Notes: generated by a model not told the origin, from the sequence alone. Shown: positions 31,493-41,603, numbered from the stretch's first letter. The stretch is DNA of 64,000 nt from an uncultured Methanolobus sp. (GCA_963675495.1 OY776215.1:1632001-1696000), one strand, 5' to 3'. Made by a program: numbers and translations.

Positions 31493-33055
31493 ATGCAAGG
31501 GGACGTGAAATACCTCATCACATCTTTTACAGGCTTAGTGGTTACACTGGCAATTATCTTTGCACTTGTAACGGTATCAAGCGCAGAAAATGGCGCAGAG
31601 ATCATATACATATATTCTGCGGATACAACGGCAGAAACCTACGTATCGTTGCTTGAAGACAATGACTATAGGGTGAACATGATACCTTTAAGCAAGGTGG
31701 AGGGTACCGACCTTTCAGAGTACAATGTTATAATAGCAGGAACAGACACCACATGGAGTGACATTGATACCATAAATGCTGTCATTAAAAGCGGTCTACC
31801 GGTCATTGGGCTCGGAGAGGGAGGATATATCCTTTTCGGCCAGATTGGTCTTGTTTGCGGACACCCGAACGGGTGGCATGGCAGTGTAAACAGCATCTAT
31901 GTAGTTGATGCTGCACATACTGTTTTCCAGGAACCGAATGCTATAAGGATTCCAAGAGATGGCATATTACAGCTGTACTCTTCTACGAAACACATTGGTA
32001 TCTACATTCCTTCCACGGCGGAAGAATTATTGATGCTGGGCAGGGAACCAGATAATAAAGAACATTATCCTCTGCTGCTTGAAAATAACAGGTATTTGCT
32101 ATGGGGTTTTACCGCTTCTCCTAAAAGCATGACAGATAACGGGAAAGCACTTTTTATCAACACTGTAGCTTATATGAGCGAACTTGGAACGCGATCTGAG
32201 AAGCTCACAGGAATACAAAAACCGGCAGTTGAAGAACTTTCTTTTAGAAACCTGGAACTCAATAGAGTGCAGGTGATAGAAAAACCAGCACGTGTAGCCA
32301 CCCCAGTCAAGACTGTGGAAAAGAAGACCGGGGATATTTTTGACCTGGGTGATGGATATGTAATGCTCATAAGTGAGGTGAATGCAGCCGGAGAGGTCCA
32401 CATACAGGTGGAACAGGATGGAGATGTCATTGAGGAAAAAGTATTGCTGAAGGATGAGTACTATCTGCTGCCCAAAGCCACAGGAGAGAACATACACATC
32501 GTGGTAGAGGACATCAATATGGGCACTATGCCAACAGATACACATGCCATAATGCTTGTCGTGCCATATCTGCTTCTGACAGTAGTATCACAGCCATCTG
32601 GAGCTGAAATATTCATTGATGGAGAAATGGTGGATTCCAGTCCCAGTGAAGAAATTGTCCTTACGGATTTCGAAGAGCATGAAATACAATTGAAACTTGA
32701 GGGATACCGTGTTCATGAGGAGACCATAAGATTCACACCGGGAGAAGAGGCCCAGATAGAGAAAGAAATACTGCTTATCAGTTCCGAGACAGAGGAAAGT
32801 GAACTCATAATATCCGAAGAAGAAGAGCTAATTGGAGAGAATTCACAACTCACCAGTTCCGGGATGGAGGAGGAAGAGCAGCTGATCGAGGAAGACAATG
32901 ACCGGAAAAAAACAATAGCATCAACTGACATCGAGACTTCTGATGTTGCCAGCGATGCAGAGCCAAAGGAGGTGCCCGGGTTCCTGGCAGCCATCACTGT
33001 TGTGGCCGTGATCTGTGGATACAGCCTCATGAGGAAGAAAAAAAGACAGCTTTAA
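31493..33055 (+). CDS. Secreted PEGA-domain protein with PGF-CTERM sorting signal
   Basis: Signal peptide; PEGA (VVSQPSGAEIFIDGE..LEGY); acidic linker; VPGF, TM, RKKKR terminus. Confidence 0.82.
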   Translation: MQGDVKYLITSFTGLVVTLAIIFALVTVSSAENGAEIIYIYSADTTAETYVSLLEDNDYRVNMIPLSKVEGTDLSEYNVIIAGTDTTWSDIDTINAVIKSGLPVIGLGEGGYILFGQIGLVCGHPNGWHGSVNSIYVVDAAHTVFQEPNAIRIPRDGILQLYSSTKHIGIYIPSTAEELLMLGREPDNKEHYPLLLENNRYLLWGFTASPKSMTDNGKALFINTVAYMSELGTRSEKLTGIQKPAVEELSFRNLELNRVQVIEKPARVATPVKTVEKKTGDIFDLGDGYVMLISEVNAAGEVHIQVEQDGDVIEEKVLLKDEYYLLPKATGENIHIVVEDINMGTMPTDTHAIMLVVPYLLLTVVSQPSGAEIFIDGEMVDSSPSEEIVLTDFEEHEIQLKLEGYRVHEETIRFTPGEEAQIEKEILLISSETEESELIISEEEELIGENSQLTSSGMEEEEQLIEEDNDRKKTIASTDIETSDVASDAEPKEVPGFLAAITVVAVICGYSLMRKKKRQL

Positions 33056-33065
33056 CACGATATAT

Positions 33066-34169
33066 ATGTGGGCCAGGAATTTCTTTTGCAAATTTAGAGA
33101 AAATAGTCTTACTTACTCATTTGCAATAGCTCTGAGTGTATTCTCCGTGTATGTACTTATCTCTTCGGAGGTAAGGTTCCTGCATCTGACCTTCCATAAC
33201 CTGCTATCAATATCGGCCCTGAGCCTGTTGATAGGATACCAATTCGCAATAATAGTGTACCTCTTTTCTGGCGTGGAAGGTACCTTTGACCGTATAATAC
33301 CACTTTTTAAGGAAGAGGAGTTCACAGCTTTTCAGAGCCATCTGAAAACATGGCTTGGGGATGCAAGCGTTTTAAACCGTACGATCCTACTGTTAGTAAT
33401 ACCGTTCATGGCGCTGGAAATAATAAGATTCTGGCAATGGAGATATTCAGGTGGCGAGATACCTCTCTACTTTTCCCTTTTTGACCCGGGCAGCACCCTT
33501 GCTTTGCTGCTTGACGTGATAAACCACATCCTTGCATACCTTATGTACAGTATGCTGGCAATTATCGTGTGGTTCATGATCGGTCTTACAGACACCATTG
33601 CCTCACTTGGGAAAAAAAATGGCATTCTAACAGATGTTTTCCATGCTGACGGAATGGGCGGCCTCAAACCAGTACAACATTTCATGCTCATAGCCGTTAG
33701 TAATTATTTCATTATCATTGCTCTTGCGATGATAGCTTTCGTTTCACCCAGGTCCTTGGTGTCATACGAGACAATATTCCTGCTTATATTACTACTACTG
33801 GGAATACGACTATTCTTCATTACGATGAACACCACATGGTCACTGGTAAATAAAGGTGTAGGAACTGAGCTGGATAGAATCGATGACATGTACAGGATGA
33901 ACTACGAAAAACTGCTTGAAATGGGCTCTAAAAAAGAATACGAATGGGAAGAGGAAGAACTCGAAAAGATACAGCTTGTCCTTGATCTGCTGGAGAAGGA
34001 AGAGAAAAAGATAAGAGATGTACACGATAATAATTCGAGCAAAAAAGCCATATATGCTTTTACGGGTTCGTTCCTGATACCCTCAATAACCCTACTGGAA
34101 GACCTGACAGGCATAACAGTAACCGATATGCTGGAAAAGGTAGTGGGACTTATCGGCACCAAAATGTAG
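33066..34169 (+). CDS. Hypothetical polytopic membrane protein
   Basis: About 7 hydrophobic segments, an HADGMGGL motif and a charged coiled region. Confidence 0.75.
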   Translation: MWARNFFCKFRENSLTYSFAIALSVFSVYVLISSEVRFLHLTFHNLLSISALSLLIGYQFAIIVYLFSGVEGTFDRIIPLFKEEEFTAFQSHLKTWLGDASVLNRTILLLVIPFMALEIIRFWQWRYSGGEIPLYFSLFDPGSTLALLLDVINHILAYLMYSMLAIIVWFMIGLTDTIASLGKKNGILTDVFHADGMGGLKPVQHFMLIAVSNYFIIIALAMIAFVSPRSLVSYETIFLLILLLLGIRLFFITMNTTWSLVNKGVGTELDRIDDMYRMNYEKLLEMGSKKEYEWEEEELEKIQLVLDLLEKEEKKIRDVHDNNSSKKAIYAFTGSFLIPSITLLEDLTGITVTDMLEKVVGLIGTKM

Positions 34170-34231
34170 ATATTAAAATGAGAAAGGTGCCTCTACGAAA
34201 CGCATTCACAGAATAGTTACAGGTAACCTGA

Positions 34232-34885
34232 ATGAGAAGATATTTCGATCAGCACGCAAACGAATACGATGCCTGGTACGATAAGAACATGGCAATATTC
34301 AATTCGGAACTTTCTGCCATCATAAAAATACTTGCTAGTACGCAGTCGAACCCCAGAGGTATCGAGATAGGTGTGGGAACCGGAAGGTTCGCCAGCAAGT
34401 TGCATCTTGACTATGGATTGGATCCCTCGACTGGAATGCTTCAACTGGCTCGGCAGAGGAATATCAACTGTGTTAAGGCAGTGGCTGAAAAACTACCTTT
34501 CGGAGATGAAACTTTTGATATAGTCATTATGGTCACAGTAGTCTGCTTTTTGGATGATGTGCAGCAAGCTTTCAATGAAGCAACAAGAATACTGAGAGAT
34601 GGTGGTGTGATCGTGCTTGGAATGATCGACCGGAACAGCCATCTTGGAAAAGCCTACGGAGAAAAAGAAAAGAACAAAACTTCTCACAAGACTATGAACT
34701 TCAGGACAGTGGATGAAACGCTTACATTCCTTCATGAAGCAGGAGTCAGTGAGTACGGCATCTGCCAGACACTTTTCAGGCCACTGGAAGAGATTACAGT
34801 TCCAGAGCCAGTAATAGAAGGCCATGGTGAAGGTGGCTTTGTGGTGATAGGAGCACACAAGTACCTGAAGAAAAAAAATGAATAA
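34232..34885 (+). CDS. Class I SAM-dependent methyltransferase
   Basis: EIGVGTGRF and AEKLPF..ETFD motifs. Confidence 0.9.
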   Translation: MRRYFDQHANEYDAWYDKNMAIFNSELSAIIKILASTQSNPRGIEIGVGTGRFASKLHLDYGLDPSTGMLQLARQRNINCVKAVAEKLPFGDETFDIVIMVTVVCFLDDVQQAFNEATRILRDGGVIVLGMIDRNSHLGKAYGEKEKNKTSHKTMNFRTVDETLTFLHEAGVSEYGICQTLFRPLEEITVPEPVIEGHGEGGFVVIGAHKYLKKKNE

Positions 34886-34939
34886 AGAAAATCATAAATA
34901 ATTTAGATACTGAAATGAATATGTGTGCGGGGGAAAGAA

Positions 34940-35674
34940 ATGAAGGAAATTGGCAAAGAGTTCATGGAAAAGACACAGTATAGGTATCTTGACAGGTCAG
35001 ACCAGGCAATGGGGTATCCCCAGCCACCTCTTGAACTGGGAGCAAAGGATAACAACAGGCTCATAGACCTCCCGCAACCAAAAGAGATACATGTAAATGA
35101 TATCGGCCTGAGACAAGCCATAGAGAAGAGAACAAGTATCAGAAATTACAGCTCTGAGCCACTTTTGATCGAAGAACTTTCATACCTGCTCTGGTGCACA
35201 CAGGGAGTCAAGGAAGTTGTCCGTGATGTTGTCACTTTCAGGACAGTCCCCTCAGCAGGAGCAAGACATGCACTGGAAACCTATATTCTTGTAAATAATG
35301 TTCAGGGACTGGAAAAGGGTCTGTACAGGTTCCTTCCAATTGAACACAAACTTGTGGAAATTGACATGGGGAAGGATATCGCAGATAAGATAATGCGGGG
35401 ATGTCTTGATCAGGCATTCGTTAAGACCAGTGCTGTTACATTTGTCTGGACAGCCGTGCCCTACAGGATAGAATGGAGATATGGACAGAGAGGATACAGG
35501 TATCTTCATCTGGATGCGGGACATGCCTGCCAGAACCTCTACCTGAGTGCAGAGTCTGTAGGATGTGGAGTTTGTGCTATTGCGGCATTCATTGACGAGG
35601 AAATAAATCCCGCACTTGGAATTGACGGGGAGAATGAGTTTGTCATATATGTTGCAACTGTGGGTAAAAAATGA
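34940..35674 (+). CDS. SagB/ThcOx-family nitroreductase-like dehydrogenase
   Basis: RTSIRNY, RTVPSAGARH, RGYRY and DAGHACQN motifs. Confidence 0.9.
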   Translation: MKEIGKEFMEKTQYRYLDRSDQAMGYPQPPLELGAKDNNRLIDLPQPKEIHVNDIGLRQAIEKRTSIRNYSSEPLLIEELSYLLWCTQGVKEVVRDVVTFRTVPSAGARHALETYILVNNVQGLEKGLYRFLPIEHKLVEIDMGKDIADKIMRGCLDQAFVKTSAVTFVWTAVPYRIEWRYGQRGYRYLHLDAGHACQNLYLSAESVGCGVCAIAAFIDEEINPALGIDGENEFVIYVATVGKK

Positions 35675-35967
35675 CAATATCTGAAAAAGAAAAAGGATTG
35701 GAAGAACTAATGCAGATGCCAGGATTTGGTAGGAAATCGGCTGAACAACTGTGGGAACTTGGGATACATTCGATCGCACAGCTCAAAGGTAAAGACCCAG
35801 AGTTGATGTATCTTAAATTTACTGAATTGAAAGGCAGGCATGTGGACAGATGTGTATTGTATGGTTTCAGGGAAGCTGTTTACTACGCATCTCATAAAAA
35901 CCACGACCCGCAACTACTCAAATGGTGGAACTGGTCCGATAAGAATATGGAAAAAAGAAAGGGATGA
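35671..35967 (+). CDS. Helix-hairpin-helix protein (Cdd1-like)
   Basis: MPGFG, LGIHSIAQLKGKDP, DRCVLY and KWWNWSD motifs. Confidence 0.82.
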   Translation: MTISEKEKGLEELMQMPGFGRKSAEQLWELGIHSIAQLKGKDPELMYLKFTELKGRHVDRCVLYGFREAVYYASHKNHDPQLLKWWNWSDKNMEKRKG

Positions 35968-35970
35968 ACA

Positions 35971-36900
35971 TTAACTCTCATTTTCAACAAGTTCAAGTCC
36001 CAGATAATCTTTAATTACAGTGAAAGCCATAGCTGGCGGGAAAGCTCCTACTTCAGTGATTATCAAGTCGATGTACTCAGCCGGAGTCACATCAAACGCA
36101 GGGTTGCTGACCTTTACATTGGGAAGCTCACTGAGGATCTCAGAATCTATTACTTCATCGCTGGACCTATCCTCAATTTCAACCATCTCACCAAGAAGGG
36201 TTCTGGGACTGAATTTGTATGTTTCTGCAGCAACTATCACGTTCTTACGTGCTTCCTGTGCTGCCATTGCAAGCTGGGAAGTTCCAATCTTGTTTATGAG
36301 TGCACCGTTAACAGAAATGGAATCGGCACCAACCACAACAAGATCCACTTCTTTCATTGTCAGCCTCACAGCTGAGTCCACTATAAGAGTTGTGGGAATG
36401 CCGTAATCGTTCAATTCCCTGATTGTGATGAAACCCTGCCTTCTGGGTCGGGATTCGGTTGCGATGACAGATATGTTCTTGCCCTGGTCAAAAGCTGTTT
36501 TGATAATAGAAATTGCTGCATGGGAATTGCAGTGTGTCATGATGACATCACCATCGTGGATGCGCTGAGCACCTATCTTTCCTATTTTACCCAGTGCTTC
36601 CTCTGCATTTTTGATGAATTTCTCTGCATTTTCCGATATTTCATCAATGGCATCGTAGACATTTGTAGAGCTGTATCTTTTTGTGAGAGCAACAGCATTG
36701 GGAAGGGATACAGCAGTTGGTCGGGTGTCCACAAGTGTCTTTGCTGCCTCTTCGAGCTTAAGATCGAATTCATTTAAAGGAAGGGATTTCAATGACATTG
36801 CATAGTCCCTGAGTGCAGCTGATGCTGCTACTGCAATCCTTCCAGCCCCCCTGATATCCATCGTCCTTATCTTCTCTGCGGTAGTGTACAAATCATCCAT
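35971..36900 (-). CDS. Ribose-1,5-bisphosphate isomerase (eIF2B-like)
   Basis: IRGAGRIA, TRPTAVSL, MTHCNS, ESRPR, NKIGT and NPAFDVTP motifs. Confidence 0.92.
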   Translation of the reverse strand: MDDLYTTAEKIRTMDIRGAGRIAVAASAALRDYAMSLKSLPLNEFDLKLEEAAKTLVDTRPTAVSLPNAVALTKRYSSTNVYDAIDEISENAEKFIKNAEEALGKIGKIGAQRIHDGDVIMTHCNSHAAISIIKTAFDQGKNISVIATESRPRRQGFITIRELNDYGIPTTLIVDSAVRLTMKEVDLVVVGADSISVNGALINKIGTSQLAMAAQEARKNVIVAAETYKFSPRTLLGEMVEIEDRSSDEVIDSEILSELPNVKVSNPAFDVTPAEYIDLIITEVGAFPPAMAFTVIKDYLGLELVENES

Positions 36901-37016
36901 AATTATAAGTCGTATTTAAAGAATTTATATTTAGCCAGTCAATTAATATCAAAAAGCATTGACCGGAACAGATAATAAATAATCGGAACATTGGCCTTCT
37001 GGAGAATAGCTGAAAT

Positions 37017-38042
37017 ATGTACCAGCCGGATTTTTACTATAATGACAGAATGGTACGCCTGCTTGCAAGGATACAGGCAGCCAGGGAGATAATTCTCAAT
37101 ACCCACGTACCTCCTGCATGGGAAAGAAGGCTGCAGATCAACAACCTTTTCAGGCTCGCCTATCATGCAACCAGCCTTGATGAGAATGGACTTTCCATAA
37201 GACAGGTGACTAAACTTGTTAATGGACAGGATATATTCGGGGATGAAACGGATAAGAAACAGGTCCTTAATTTTCTGGAAATGAATGAGTATCTTCAGAA
37301 CCTTCAAACCGAGGAAATATCCGAGAACATGATACTCAAACTTCATAAAATTGCTATGAAAGGGATTGTTCCGGAAGATGAGATCGGTCGCTACCGAACA
37401 GCCGCAGTTGAAGGATTTATGGAACCTGAAAGAGTAAGATATTGTATTAGGGACCTGATCGATTGGATCTACAGTGACGAGGCTGCCGAAATGTTGCCAG
37501 CGCTAAAGGCAGGGATAGTTCACTATGAACTTTATCGAATGCATCCTTTTGAAAAAGCCAGCATTACAATTGCCATGAGTATATCTTCCTATATTCTGGG
37601 AAAGAACTTCAAGGAAGCAAAAGAACTGTTCAACATTGAGGAATTCTTCAACCAGAGAAAAAAGGACTATTTTGAGAGCATCGAAGGCAGCAATGGAAAC
37701 GAACCTGATATCAATGAATGGTTGGAGTACTATCTCTACGCTCTTGCATTAAAGGTCTCAAGGGTTGAGAATGCCGTACTTAACATAAACCGTGACCACG
37801 GGAATATAGGAAAATATCTTCAGATAGGATTGAAAGACAGACAGATCAAAGGAATAAAATTTGCACGTGAAATGGGAAAGATCACGAATAAAGAATACCA
37901 AAAACTTTGCGAACTGGGAGTTTCAACATCAAAACGGGATCTTCGGGAACTGGTAAATAAAAATATATTTGTGCAGGTTGGAAAAACCGGACGTGGGACC
38001 TATTATAAACTCAGGCACGACCACCTGGATGAGTTGATCTGA
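37017..38042 (+). CDS. Fic-domain protein with C-terminal wHTH; degenerate Fic motif
   Basis: HYELYRMHPFEKAS; C-terminal ITNKEYQ..KRDLRELV..GKTGRGTYY. Confidence 0.82.
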   Translation: MYQPDFYYNDRMVRLLARIQAAREIILNTHVPPAWERRLQINNLFRLAYHATSLDENGLSIRQVTKLVNGQDIFGDETDKKQVLNFLEMNEYLQNLQTEEISENMILKLHKIAMKGIVPEDEIGRYRTAAVEGFMEPERVRYCIRDLIDWIYSDEAAEMLPALKAGIVHYELYRMHPFEKASITIAMSISSYILGKNFKEAKELFNIEEFFNQRKKDYFESIEGSNGNEPDINEWLEYYLYALALKVSRVENAVLNINRDHGNIGKYLQIGLKDRQIKGIKFAREMGKITNKEYQKLCELGVSTSKRDLRELVNKNIFVQVGKTGRGTYYKLRHDHLDELI

Positions 38043-38072
38043 TAAATGGATAAGCAATTGGAAATCAGGGAA

Positions 38073-38480
38073 TTAATCCAGTCCGGAATCCCTGACAATA
38101 TTCGTGTATATCCTGTTCATCAAACCATAGTATCCTGAAAGTTCCTTGTATATCTCCTCTGCCACATCTTCATGGTATGTGTGAGTTGTCATGTTCCTGT
38201 CATCGGTCATGTAAAGAGCCTTCATACTTTCGCCCTCATTTAGGAGATGCATTTTGAAAGCTTCACGAAAGCATGATTTAGGAGAATTGCACACTATACC
38301 CTCTCTTTCAATAAGATACTCCTTGACGAGTTTCCAGATCGCCTCAAAAGTGTACTCAAATCGCTGGATTGCAGCATCCCTGATTATGACGGAGTATGGC
38401 TCATCCATTATCTCCTGCAGAGTATCCAGAGCCCTTTTTGCAACTCTTGCTTTCATTTGCAATTTAGACTGTCTTTCCAT
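38073..38480 (-). CDS. HEPN protein (HI0074-type nucleotidyltransferase partner)
   Basis: RDAAIQRFEYTFE, SPKSCFR and DRNMTTHTY motifs. Confidence 0.9.
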   Translation of the reverse strand: MERQSKLQMKARVAKRALDTLQEIMDEPYSVIIRDAAIQRFEYTFEAIWKLVKEYLIEREGIVCNSPKSCFREAFKMHLLNEGESMKALYMTDDRNMTTHTYHEDVAEEIYKELSGYYGLMNRIYTNIVRDSGLD

Positions 38481-38779
38481 ACTTCACCCTCATCAAGCAC
38501 TTTTTGTCTGAAATCTTCGGAAACTACGGACAGGTCTACCAAGTCCACTGTATAGGGAATGTTCATTTCCTCTAAGTCTGCTCTTAAGGCAGTTATCTTT
38601 TTTCTATCACACTTGCCAGATGGCAGAATGCCAATATCTATATCTGACGTGTAGTGGGCATTCCCTCTTGCTCTTGAACCAAAAAGAATTATCCTGACAT
38701 CCTCGCCTTTAAAAGCCTGAACAACTGCTGCTTTCACTTTCCGGATGGATGCTTCAAAAACAGATGATGTAGATCTCAT
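38453..38779 (-). CDS. Minimal nucleotidyltransferase (MNT antitoxin)
   Basis: LFGSRARG...SDIDI and VDLVDL motifs; start 38779 or 38791. Confidence 0.9.
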   Translation of the reverse strand: MRSTSSVFEASIRKVKAAVVQAFKGEDVRIILFGSRARGNAHYTSDIDIGILPSGKCDRKKITALRADLEEMNIPYTVDLVDLSVVSEDFRQKVLDEGEVWKDSLNCK

Positions 38780-38798
38780 AATGCCCACCATTCCAATA

Positions 38799-39146
38799 TT
38801 AATCAGCTCTGCCTTCAAGCAGAGCTTTTTGTACATGGTTTCGTAGATCATCAAGATTATTCTTGATTATATCCCAGACAATATCCATGTCAACTCCAAA
38901 ATATTCGTGAATTATAATATTCCTTAAGCCTACAATTTTTTTCCACTGAATCTGGGGATACATCTCTCTTATTTCTATCGGAATATTACCTGCTGCTCCA
39001 CCTATCACTTCAAGATTTCGTAAAACTGCATCGATTCTCATTTCATCTGTGGAAAAACTGTCATAGGATAAAGAATCAACATACTTTTTTATTTTATCAA
39101 TGGCAACGAGCATGTCATCTAAAAACACATAATAGTCCTTAGGCAT
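38799..39146 (-). CDS. HEPN/DUF86 toxin (HepT-like RNase)
   Basis: W..IVGLRNIIIHEYFGVD (RX4HXY motif). Confidence 0.92.
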   Translation of the reverse strand: MPKDYYVFLDDMLVAIDKIKKYVDSLSYDSFSTDEMRIDAVLRNLEVIGGAAGNIPIEIREMYPQIQWKKIVGLRNIIIHEYFGVDMDIVWDIIKNNLDDLRNHVQKALLEGRAD

Positions 39147-39423
39147 AAACAGCTCCCCTCATAATGTAATTCTTCAATCTGGGTTTAATAGCTGTTTCAA
39201 TTACCAAATCAACATCTCTTCCAAAAAGCTCTTCAAGATAGAATTTTAATTCCATGAAATTATCAAATGTTTTTTTGCCTTCATCAAACTCTACAAGCAC
39301 GTCTACATCGCTCTTATCCAGTGCTTCGCCTCTGGCAAATGAACCAAAAAGACCTATCCTCTTAACACCAAAACGCCCTTTGACAACGTTCTCATGCTGC
39401 TTCAAAAGCTTAAGAGCATCCAT
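39139..39423 (-). CDS. MNT antitoxin (MntA-like)
   Basis: FGSFARGE..SDVDVLVEF (GSX10DXD motif). Confidence 0.92.
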   Translation of the reverse strand: MDALKLLKQHENVVKGRFGVKRIGLFGSFARGEALDKSDVDVLVEFDEGKKTFDNFMELKFYLEELFGRDVDLVIETAIKPRLKNYIMRGAVYA

Positions 39424-39599
39424 ATTCAATACTGGTCCACAAAGTTTAAATCGTTAACCCCAAAAAAATGAGAATGAGATATCAATCAAGTAAAATACCA
39501 ATTTGCCGGGGTATGATGTAGAAGTATTTTAGAGAAAACAACATACAAGAATATAGAATAATAAAATAGTACCTTTATTCTTGCACAGGAACCACTAAT

Positions 39600-40031
39600 A
39601 TGTCTGGAAGATATCCAATTGCCGATGATCCAATACTCACTCGATGGATGAGACTGGAAATAGGAAAGCTGAACGACGGCATTGTTTCTGAGCGTAAGAG
39701 CCTTGCACAGCTTTTGACAGAAGAAAGGCCAGCTTCAAGGACAAAAGCAGGAAAAGAACACATCTTTGACACAACTGTGCTGTTAGACATCAGCAAAAAA
39801 CTGCCTCCAGAGTATCATGAGAAACTAAAGCTACCGATGATTTTCTTTTCGGACACAAAAGTTCCTGACAGTTGTTATCTCAATGACCCTCAAGCTCTTG
39901 AAGCATTACAAATACTTGGAGAACTCAGCAATATGCGCCGCATGCAGCAGGGAAAACTATGGGTTGGGAAGTCCATTGCTTATACTATCATGAAAAAGCA
40001 CCCTACTGTTGTACAGATTGCTATGAGATAA
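39600..40031 (+). CDS. DUF61-family protein
   Basis: EIGKLN..ERKSLAQLLTEERP and LKLP motifs. Confidence 0.75.
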   Translation: MSGRYPIADDPILTRWMRLEIGKLNDGIVSERKSLAQLLTEERPASRTKAGKEHIFDTTVLLDISKKLPPEYHEKLKLPMIFFSDTKVPDSCYLNDPQALEALQILGELSNMRRMQQGKLWVGKSIAYTIMKKHPTVVQIAMR

Positions 40032-40124
40032 TTAAATATTATAGAACAACTCTCACTTTTAAACGCAATCAATAATAGCAAATATGGGACAGTTCAATTA
40101 TATCATTGATTTCGAGGATTTATC

Positions 40125-41492
40125 ATGACCAGCATCTCATCCATTAACCCCGCAACAGGAAAAGCCATCGTTGAAGTAGAAATGCATACTGATGAGCAGG
40201 TAAATCAGATACTCAAGAGGTCTGCTGAGACTTTCAGGGAATGGAAAAGAACTGATGTTTCAGAGCGTAACGAGCTTTTGCGGAACTTTGCAGAGATATT
40301 GCGCAAGAACAAAGATCAATATGGGAAACTCATCACAACAGAGATGGGAAAGGTCATGAAGCAGGCTGTCCCTGAGGTCACTAAGTGTGCAACCATGTTC
40401 GATTATTTTGCAGACAATGCTGAAAAGATGCTTGAGCCTGAGCCTGCGGAAGACAACTCATGCGATTCCATGATACATTACGAACCAATCGGCACCGTGC
40501 TTGCTATCAAACCATGGAACTTCCCATTCTGGCAGGTACTCAGTGCAGCATCCCATGTGCTTGCAGGCGGGAATGTGATGGTACTGAAGCACTCAAGTTA
40601 TGTGCCAATGTGCGCACTGGAAATTGAGAACATATTTTTAGAGGCAGGATTTCCCGAAGGTGTCTTCCAGACGCTTATTGTGGACGGACCCACTGCATCC
40701 TCACTCATTTCAAGGGATGAGATCAAAGCAGTCTCCTTCACCGGAGGATATGATGCCGGCCAAAAGGTTGCAGAGCTTGCCGCTCACAACATGAAGAAGT
40801 TCGTACTGGAACTCGGCGGAAGTGATCCATTCCTTATCCTTGATGATGCCAATGTGGAAATGGCTGCAAAAGTAGGAGTTCCCAGCCGTTTTATCAATAC
40901 AGGACAAACTTGCATAGCAGCCAAACGTTTCATTGTTATGGAAGACGTGGCGGAGGAGTTCACTGAAAAGTTTGTCGAAGGAACACATAATCTGAAAATC
41001 GGTGACCCCATGGACCCTGACACAGACATCGGGCCGATGGTAAGGGAAGAGCAGGTACAAATACTTGAAAAACAGGTTCACGATGCAATATCAAAAGGTG
41101 CAAAAGCACTCATTCCCGGAGGAAGACTGGAAAGTGAGGGTTACATGTATTCACCAACTGTCCTCGGTAATATAAGCATGGACATGAAAGTCATGAGGGA
41201 AGAAACATTCGGACCGGTGGCTCCGATAATCACTGTGAAAGATGAAAAAGAAGCTATTGAACTTGCAAACGATTCAGAGTTCGGTCTGGGTGCCAGTGTA
41301 TGGAGTCAGGACCGTAAAAGAGCTATGAGAATTGCCGCTGAACTTGAAACGGGAATGATAGGAATCAACTCGTTCTGCACACCTCAGGCCTGCCTGCCTT
41401 TTGGCGGAGTTAAAAAAAGCGGTATGGGAAGAGAACTTTCAAAACATGGGTTCCTTGAATTCATGAACATCAAGTCGATAAAGATGATGTGA
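40125..41492 (+). CDS. NAD(P)-dependent aldehyde dehydrogenase, SSADH (GabD1/Sad-like), paralog 1
   Basis: PWNFPFWQ, LKH, ELGGSDP, GQTCIA, EETFGP and PFGGVK motifs. Confidence 0.92.
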   Translation: MTSISSINPATGKAIVEVEMHTDEQVNQILKRSAETFREWKRTDVSERNELLRNFAEILRKNKDQYGKLITTEMGKVMKQAVPEVTKCATMFDYFADNAEKMLEPEPAEDNSCDSMIHYEPIGTVLAIKPWNFPFWQVLSAASHVLAGGNVMVLKHSSYVPMCALEIENIFLEAGFPEGVFQTLIVDGPTASSLISRDEIKAVSFTGGYDAGQKVAELAAHNMKKFVLELGGSDPFLILDDANVEMAAKVGVPSRFINTGQTCIAAKRFIVMEDVAEEFTEKFVEGTHNLKIGDPMDPDTDIGPMVREEQVQILEKQVHDAISKGAKALIPGGRLESEGYMYSPTVLGNISMDMKVMREETFGPVAPIITVKDEKEAIELANDSEFGLGASVWSQDRKRAMRIAAELETGMIGINSFCTPQACLPFGGVKKSGMGRELSKHGFLEFMNIKSIKMM

Positions 41493-41603
41493 GAGATACT
41501 ATCAGAACCTGAATTATGCTAGTGGACTCATATTTCTTTTTCCATTGTGTAATTTATTAAAATTTGTACACATCAAACCTGAGACTTTCAGGAAATAGTC
41601 TAA

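Noticed and set aside
34940-35674. SagB-family gene as a sign of a RiPP (TOMM) cluster
   Set aside because: No YcaO cyclodehydratase or precursor peptide nearby; stand-alone SagB-like proteins are common in methanogens
27106-35967. Run of unrelated accessory genes resembling an integron cassette array
   Set aside because: No integrase, no recurring attC-like (AAC...GTT) sites, and mixed orientation
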